NCBI GenBank assembly: GCA_026418675.1
Contig: JAOAAX010000002.1
Span: 76,719 to 140,718, forward strand
Direction of reading: 5' to 3'
DNA: 64,000 bases
DNA from: Chthoniobacterales bacterium
GTDB taxonomy: Bacteria; Verrucomicrobiota; Verrucomicrobiia; Chthoniobacterales; DYNR01
The position numbers were made by a program, and so were the translations under genes. The notes beneath the pieces were generated by a model, which saw only the letters and a program-made list of their open reading frames with translations, did no database searches and was not told where the DNA came from. Shown here piece by piece: positions 59,890 through 64,000 of this stretch; within the stretch, counting starts at the first letter, position 1, and each line of letters begins with the position of its first letter.

Positions 59890-60892
59890 GAGTCAAAACA
59901 GAGTTAAAAAGGACATTTTTATAAAAAAAATAAAAGATATATTTATCAGTTTTTATTCTTTCCTTCGTGAGATTGTTGATTCTGATTATTTTCCCGAGGG
60001 TAGTGAGGTTCGCAGGCAAAGGCCGGACAAGTTTTCTTTTCGCTATTTTTTCCCTTTTCTGCTTTTGCATTTAGGATGTCTGGGGGTGATTTGGGTTGGG
60101 TGGAGTCCTATTGCTGTGGCTGTAGCGATTTTACTCTACCTAGTGCGGATGTTTTTTGTGACGGGTATCTATCACCGCTATTTCTGTCATCGGAGTTATA
60201 GGGTATCTCGCCCGGTTCAGTTTATTATGGCATTATTGGGTTTGACGTGCATGCAGCGAGGACCTCTTTGGTGGGCAGCTGTTCACCGTCATCACCATGC
60301 TCATTCTGATAAAGAGGAGGACATACATTCTCCAACCGTTCGTGGCTTTCTATGGGCTCATATTGGATGGCTTACAAGTGCGAGAAACTACCCTACAGAC
60401 TATCATTTAGTAAGGGACTTCTTGAAATACCCTGAAATTCGTTTTTTGAATCGTTTTGACCTTATCGGAACTTTTTTGCTTTTTGGGTTTCTATGGGTGC
60501 TGGGGGAATTTCTTCAACGATTTTTCCCTGAATTGAATACGAATCCTGCGCAGATGATTGTTTGGGGATTTTTCATAAGCACAACAGTTTTATTCCATGC
60601 GACTTGTTCTATCAACTCGTTCTCACACTTGTTTGGAACCCGGCGTTATGATACCCGCGATTCAAGCCGAAATAATTTCCTTCTTGCTTTGATAACTTTA
60701 GGAGAAGGCTGGCATAATAACCACCACCGTTATCAACGCTCTGCACGGCAAGGTTTCTTTTGGTGGGAAATTGATATTACCTACTACATTCTTTGGGTTC
60801 TGTCTAAGATTGGAATGATCCACGATTTGCGACCTGTGCCAGAAGAGGCTTACCAGGAGGCTCAAACAAGAGAATTGGCGGAGTCAAATTAG
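59879..60892 (+). CDS. acyl-CoA/acyl-lipid (delta-9 type) fatty-acid desaturase
   Basis: Three His boxes: HRYFCHRS, HRHHHAHSD and GEGWHNNHHRY. Alternative start at 59837. Confidence 0.88.
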   Translation: MTDKSQNRVKKDIFIKKIKDIFISFYSFLREIVDSDYFPEGSEVRRQRPDKFSFRYFFPFLLLHLGCLGVIWVGWSPIAVAVAILLYLVRMFFVTGIYHRYFCHRSYRVSRPVQFIMALLGLTCMQRGPLWWAAVHRHHHAHSDKEEDIHSPTVRGFLWAHIGWLTSARNYPTDYHLVRDFLKYPEIRFLNRFDLIGTFLLFGFLWVLGEFLQRFFPELNTNPAQMIVWGFFISTTVLFHATCSINSFSHLFGTRRYDTRDSSRNNFLLALITLGEGWHNNHHRYQRSARQGFFWWEIDITYYILWVLSKIGMIHDLRPVPEEAYQEAQTRELAESN

Positions 60893-62847
60893 TGCCAATA
60901 TTCTCCCCACTCAGAATTGGAGTAGCTTGAATTAAAATTATTGTGAATTTGCACCAAGGATTCGGGGATGGAATTTAAAAAGCGGGAAGGCTTCATGACA
61001 AAACCTTGGGATGATAATCTTGGGACTGTTAGAAAGAGATAATCTTTGCAGCGGGTAATAGCGACATAGAACAATCGCCGCTCCTCCTCAATAGCTTCCT
61101 CTTCTTCTACTGAGTGCCGAGAGGGAAATACATTTTCGACTAACCATATCAAAAAAACAACTTTCCACTCTAAGCCTTTAGCTTGATGAATTGTAGATAG
61201 AGTGACTTTAGGGATGTTCGCGTCTTGGTCAGGAGTTGCGTCCACGTTCGATTGAAGTGCCAGTTGGCTCAGGAATGCATCAACCGTTGGGAAGTTGCCA
61301 GCGAATTCAGCCAGGAGCTCGATTTCTTCCAATCTGCTGGAAGCGTTGGAGTAGGTTGATTCAACGTAACTTTGGTAACCATTTTTGAGGATGGTTTCCA
61401 ACATTTTTGAGGGAGGTGTTGGCTTAATGAAAGGGGAAACTTGAATGAGGACATCCACCATTTTTTCCCATGAGGTTTTGATTTTAGGTGCAACTCCACT
61501 CATGTTTTTTAAATTCCTAAGATTTTGATTGTCATTTAAGAGATTTCTTGTTTTTTCCCAGAGCTGAGCGGCAGACTTAGGGCCTACTCCATCAAGCATT
61601 CCCACTATCCGCATAAACGATACTTCATCGCGGGGATTTGTAGCGAATCTCATCCATGCGAGAACATCCTTGATGTGGGCTTGTTCAAAAAAACGCAGTC
61701 CACTTGTAATTCGATACGGGATTTGAGCACGTTGTAAGGTAAGCTCTACTTCCTGGGACAAAAAGTGCGAACGATACAGAACGGCTATCTCGGAACCGTT
61801 GATTCCTCTCCTTAGGAATTCTGAGATCTTGTTTACTACGAAGTCAGCTTGTGAGGCGGAGTCAGCAAAATAAATGATCTGTGGTTTGGTTGATGAGGAT
61901 TTACGAGCCGGGATGAGCTTTTTTTGCAAACGGTTCTTGTTGTCTTTAATAGCTTGATTGGCTACCTCAAGGACGAGAGGAGCACTCCGATAGTTCGTTT
62001 CAATTTTAAAAACTTTGGCATCTGGAAATTGCTTTTGGAAATCAAGGATATTTCGATATTCGGCTCCGCGCCAGGAGTAAATTGATTGTGCATCGTCGCC
62101 GACTGCCATCAAACCGTTGTGAATTTTATTAAGCTCTGTAACAAGACTTGCTTGAATTTTGTTTGTATCTTGATACTCATCGACCAAAATATGTTTAAAT
62201 CGATTTTGTTGCTTATGCGCAAATTCCTTGTTTTTTTGCAGTTGTTCTAGGGGCTTCACAAGCAAATCATCAAAATCTACGCAGTTGGATTCTAATTTGG
62301 CATTTTGGTATTTCTTTTCCAACTCGATTAACTCAAATGAAAAAACTTTAAATTTAGCAAACTTCTTATTGATTACATCAACCAGGTCCCGATTTGAATT
62401 TGTAGCGAGACTGAAGATCTCTGCAATGACTGGTGGCTTAGGAAAATTGGCAGGTTTATTTTTTAAATATCGGGAGAGAACAGAGCCTATGAGTTTTTCT
62501 TGATCATCACGGTCTAAAATTGTGAAGTTGGGAGAGAGCCCAAAAAGCTCTGGCTGTTGGCGGAGAAGATAATTTCCGAAGGCGTGAAAAGTTCCGCCGA
62601 GGATGGACTTATGATTGAGCTGGAGGAGGTTACGGACCCGTTCTAGCATTTCATTTGCCGCTTTGTTGGTAAAGGTAAGGAGGAGGATAGCCTCTGGCTC
62701 GACTCCTCTGTCCAGGAGCCATGCTACTCTGTAGATTAAGGTTCTTGTTTTGCCGCTTCCTGCTCCAGCTAAAACCAAAGCGGGGGAGCCTTCATGAGTG
62801 ACTGCAGAATATTGTTCTTGATTGAGCTCAGCGCGAAAATTGATCAT
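60889..62847 (-). CDS. UvrD/PcrA/Rep-family ATP-dependent DNA helicase
   Basis: Motif I AGAGSGKTRTL, motif II ILVDEYQDTN, plus TIHQAKGLEW and VAITRCKD. Confidence 0.9.
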   Translation of the reverse strand: MINFRAELNQEQYSAVTHEGSPALVLAGAGSGKTRTLIYRVAWLLDRGVEPEAILLLTFTNKAANEMLERVRNLLQLNHKSILGGTFHAFGNYLLRQQPELFGLSPNFTILDRDDQEKLIGSVLSRYLKNKPANFPKPPVIAEIFSLATNSNRDLVDVINKKFAKFKVFSFELIELEKKYQNAKLESNCVDFDDLLVKPLEQLQKNKEFAHKQQNRFKHILVDEYQDTNKIQASLVTELNKIHNGLMAVGDDAQSIYSWRGAEYRNILDFQKQFPDAKVFKIETNYRSAPLVLEVANQAIKDNKNRLQKKLIPARKSSSTKPQIIYFADSASQADFVVNKISEFLRRGINGSEIAVLYRSHFLSQEVELTLQRAQIPYRITSGLRFFEQAHIKDVLAWMRFATNPRDEVSFMRIVGMLDGVGPKSAAQLWEKTRNLLNDNQNLRNLKNMSGVAPKIKTSWEKMVDVLIQVSPFIKPTPPSKMLETILKNGYQSYVESTYSNASSRLEEIELLAEFAGNFPTVDAFLSQLALQSNVDATPDQDANIPKVTLSTIHQAKGLEWKVVFLIWLVENVFPSRHSVEEEEAIEEERRLFYVAITRCKDYLFLTVPRLSSQGFVMKPSRFLNSIPESLVQIHNNFNSSYSNSEWGEYWH

Positions 62848-62872
62848 TTAAGTAGGTTTAAGATTGGAGGCT

Positions 62873-64000
62873 TTATGGTCGAGTGATTTCTCGTGCTTGG
62901 ACGTTGATAATGCCTTCGGAGTCAGTTGAAACTCCTGTTATAAGAAAAGGACGATTTTGGTTTCGGGAGATTAGCTCACCGCGTTTGGGGGCAGGAATTC
63001 CTACCGGAAAATCCACGATTAAGCGAAATTTTTCTGAATTTCTACGTGCACGAAGAACAGCACGGGCTTCATTAGCTGCAGTGACTTCGAAATTTCCTTC
63101 GATGTAAATGCGCTCGCCTTGGAGACCCTGCTCGGCGAGTCGAAGGATTTCCTCAGGTGAAATCAGTTTTCCTCTTGGCATTCGCCCTGGTTCATAAACT
63201 TCCCAGTTCCTGCCCCGAACGTTGGCAATAACACGCGTCTCGGGTGTAGGAGATGGCTGTTGGAGGTCAGTAGTTGGAGGAGTGGTATTAGCAGAGAGTG
63301 GAGCTTGGGTGCCAGGAAGCGAGGAATTTTCGGTCTGCGGGTTTCCGTTGACGAGAGATGGCGACTCAATACTCGATGGAGTTAGCGCGGCGACGGGAGG
63401 GGCAGATTCCACAGGCAAAGCCGGCATTACTCGCTGCGGTGTTGGCGATGGAGCTGGTGGAACGGATTGCGCAGCAAGAGATTGTGGTGGGGTTGGTGTT
63501 GCGACTGAGGCAAGTTCCCCAACAGGCTCGGGCCGAGCTATGCGAATCAGACGATTGGTAGAAGGGGAAGGTTGAGCGGCGGATTTCTGTCCCTCGGGAG
63601 GTAACCCTAATTTACGTCGGTAGGCAGCGTATTTTTCTGTCGCAGCTTCCAAGCGCGGCCCGCGTATAATGGGAAGTCCAGCGCCAACGTTTAACGAAGG
63701 GGGAGGTTCAAGAGAGAATGTTCCAGGTCCTTGAACGGAAGTGTAGGTCCCGTAGAGAAGAGGAACAGCAGTAAAAAGGATGCGGCCGTCGGGTAATTTG
63801 CGTGCATTAATAACTGCAGAGAAATCCAACCTTCTTTGGAGGTTGATTTCCAGGCCGGTAAGTAAGAGGCGCTGGAGGTTTTCGACATTTGAAGGTTTTG
63901 CAGTGAAGACGTGTTCCAACAAAACACGAGGATCGTTATTAGCCTTGGCTAGAGCTACTACGCCCGAGGGAAAGAAGTCATCCTGACTTAGCTCATAGGA
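62873..64000 (-). CDS. hypothetical protein with a long Pro/Ser/Thr-rich linker; 5' end lies outside the window
   Basis: The minus-strand frame stays open from the ORF-track TTG at 63922 to the window edge. No family recognised. Confidence 0.45.
   Translation of the reverse strand, partial: SYELSQDDFFPSGVVALAKANNDPRVLLEHVFTAKPSNVENLQRLLLTGLEINLQRRLDFSAVINARKLPDGRILFTAVPLLYGTYTSVQGPGTFSLEPPPSLNVGAGLPIIRGPRLEAATEKYAAYRRKLGLPPEGQKSAAQPSPSTNRLIRIARPEPVGELASVATPTPPQSLAAQSVPPAPSPTPQRVMPALPVESAPPVAALTPSSIESPSLVNGNPQTENSSLPGTQAPLSANTTPPTTDLQQPSPTPETRVIANVRGRNWEVYEPGRMPRGKLISPEEILRLAEQGLQGERIYIEGNFEVTAANEARAVLRARRNSEKFRLIVDFPVGIPAPKRGELISRNQNRPFLITGVSTDSEGIINVQAREITRP

Overview
This is a chromosomal, mostly housekeeping window from a flagellated Gram-negative bacterium. 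The DnaK/GroEL/RpoN sequences, start codons preceded by A/C-rich leaders without Shine-Dalgarno motifs, and an exbB-exbD-tonB set suggest a PVC/Verrucomicrobia-like lineage, but that call is low confidence.

Layout:
- 1-10.6 kb: a 5'-truncated cstA, then a co-directional flagellar basal-body/export operon (flgB-flgC-fliE-fliF-fliG-fliH-fliI-fliJ, a MotE/YlxF-like gene, fliK). A sigma-54 type -24/-12 motif precedes it.
- 10.8-21.7 kb: a YvlD-like membrane protein, trpF, a GH57 branching enzyme followed by two tightly coupled signal-peptide hypotheticals, rpoN, dnaK, and groES-groEL with a strong bidirectional terminator.
- 21.7-31.9 kb (minus strand): a MacB-like ABC pair, hemL, dnaG-rpoD (RpoD carries a ~290-aa Lys/Ser-rich N-terminal extension), an AI-2E transporter, a class-V aminotransferase and tRNA-Pro(GGG).
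- 32-40.3 kb (plus strand): SDR, pterin dehydratase, dapF-dapA-dapB-folK-panB-queG, a DUF4130 gene and lhgO.
- 40.4-53.4 kb: recJ and tgt (minus strand), then tkt, two glycosyltransferases, a gamma-carbonic-anhydrase-like gene and a 2-oxoacid dehydrogenase E1alpha/E1beta/E2 set.
- 53.5-64 kb: a small lipoprotein, a heavily decayed FHA-ABC transporter pseudogene, an exbB-exbD-tonB-like operon ending in a zinc-ribbon gene, parB without parA, a fatty-acid desaturase, a uvrD/pcrA-like helicase and a 5'-truncated Pro-rich hypothetical.

I saw no rRNA, CRISPR array, transposase/integrase or obvious defence island. I do not see a convincing novel multi-gene system. The most unusual items are the FHA-ABC pseudogene, the histone-tail-like RpoD extension, the sigma-54 motifs at flgB and dnaK next to rpoN, the GH57-linked secreted pair, the zinc-ribbon gene ending the exbBD-tonB operon, and an orphan DUF4130 gene sitting among queG, tgt and recJ.
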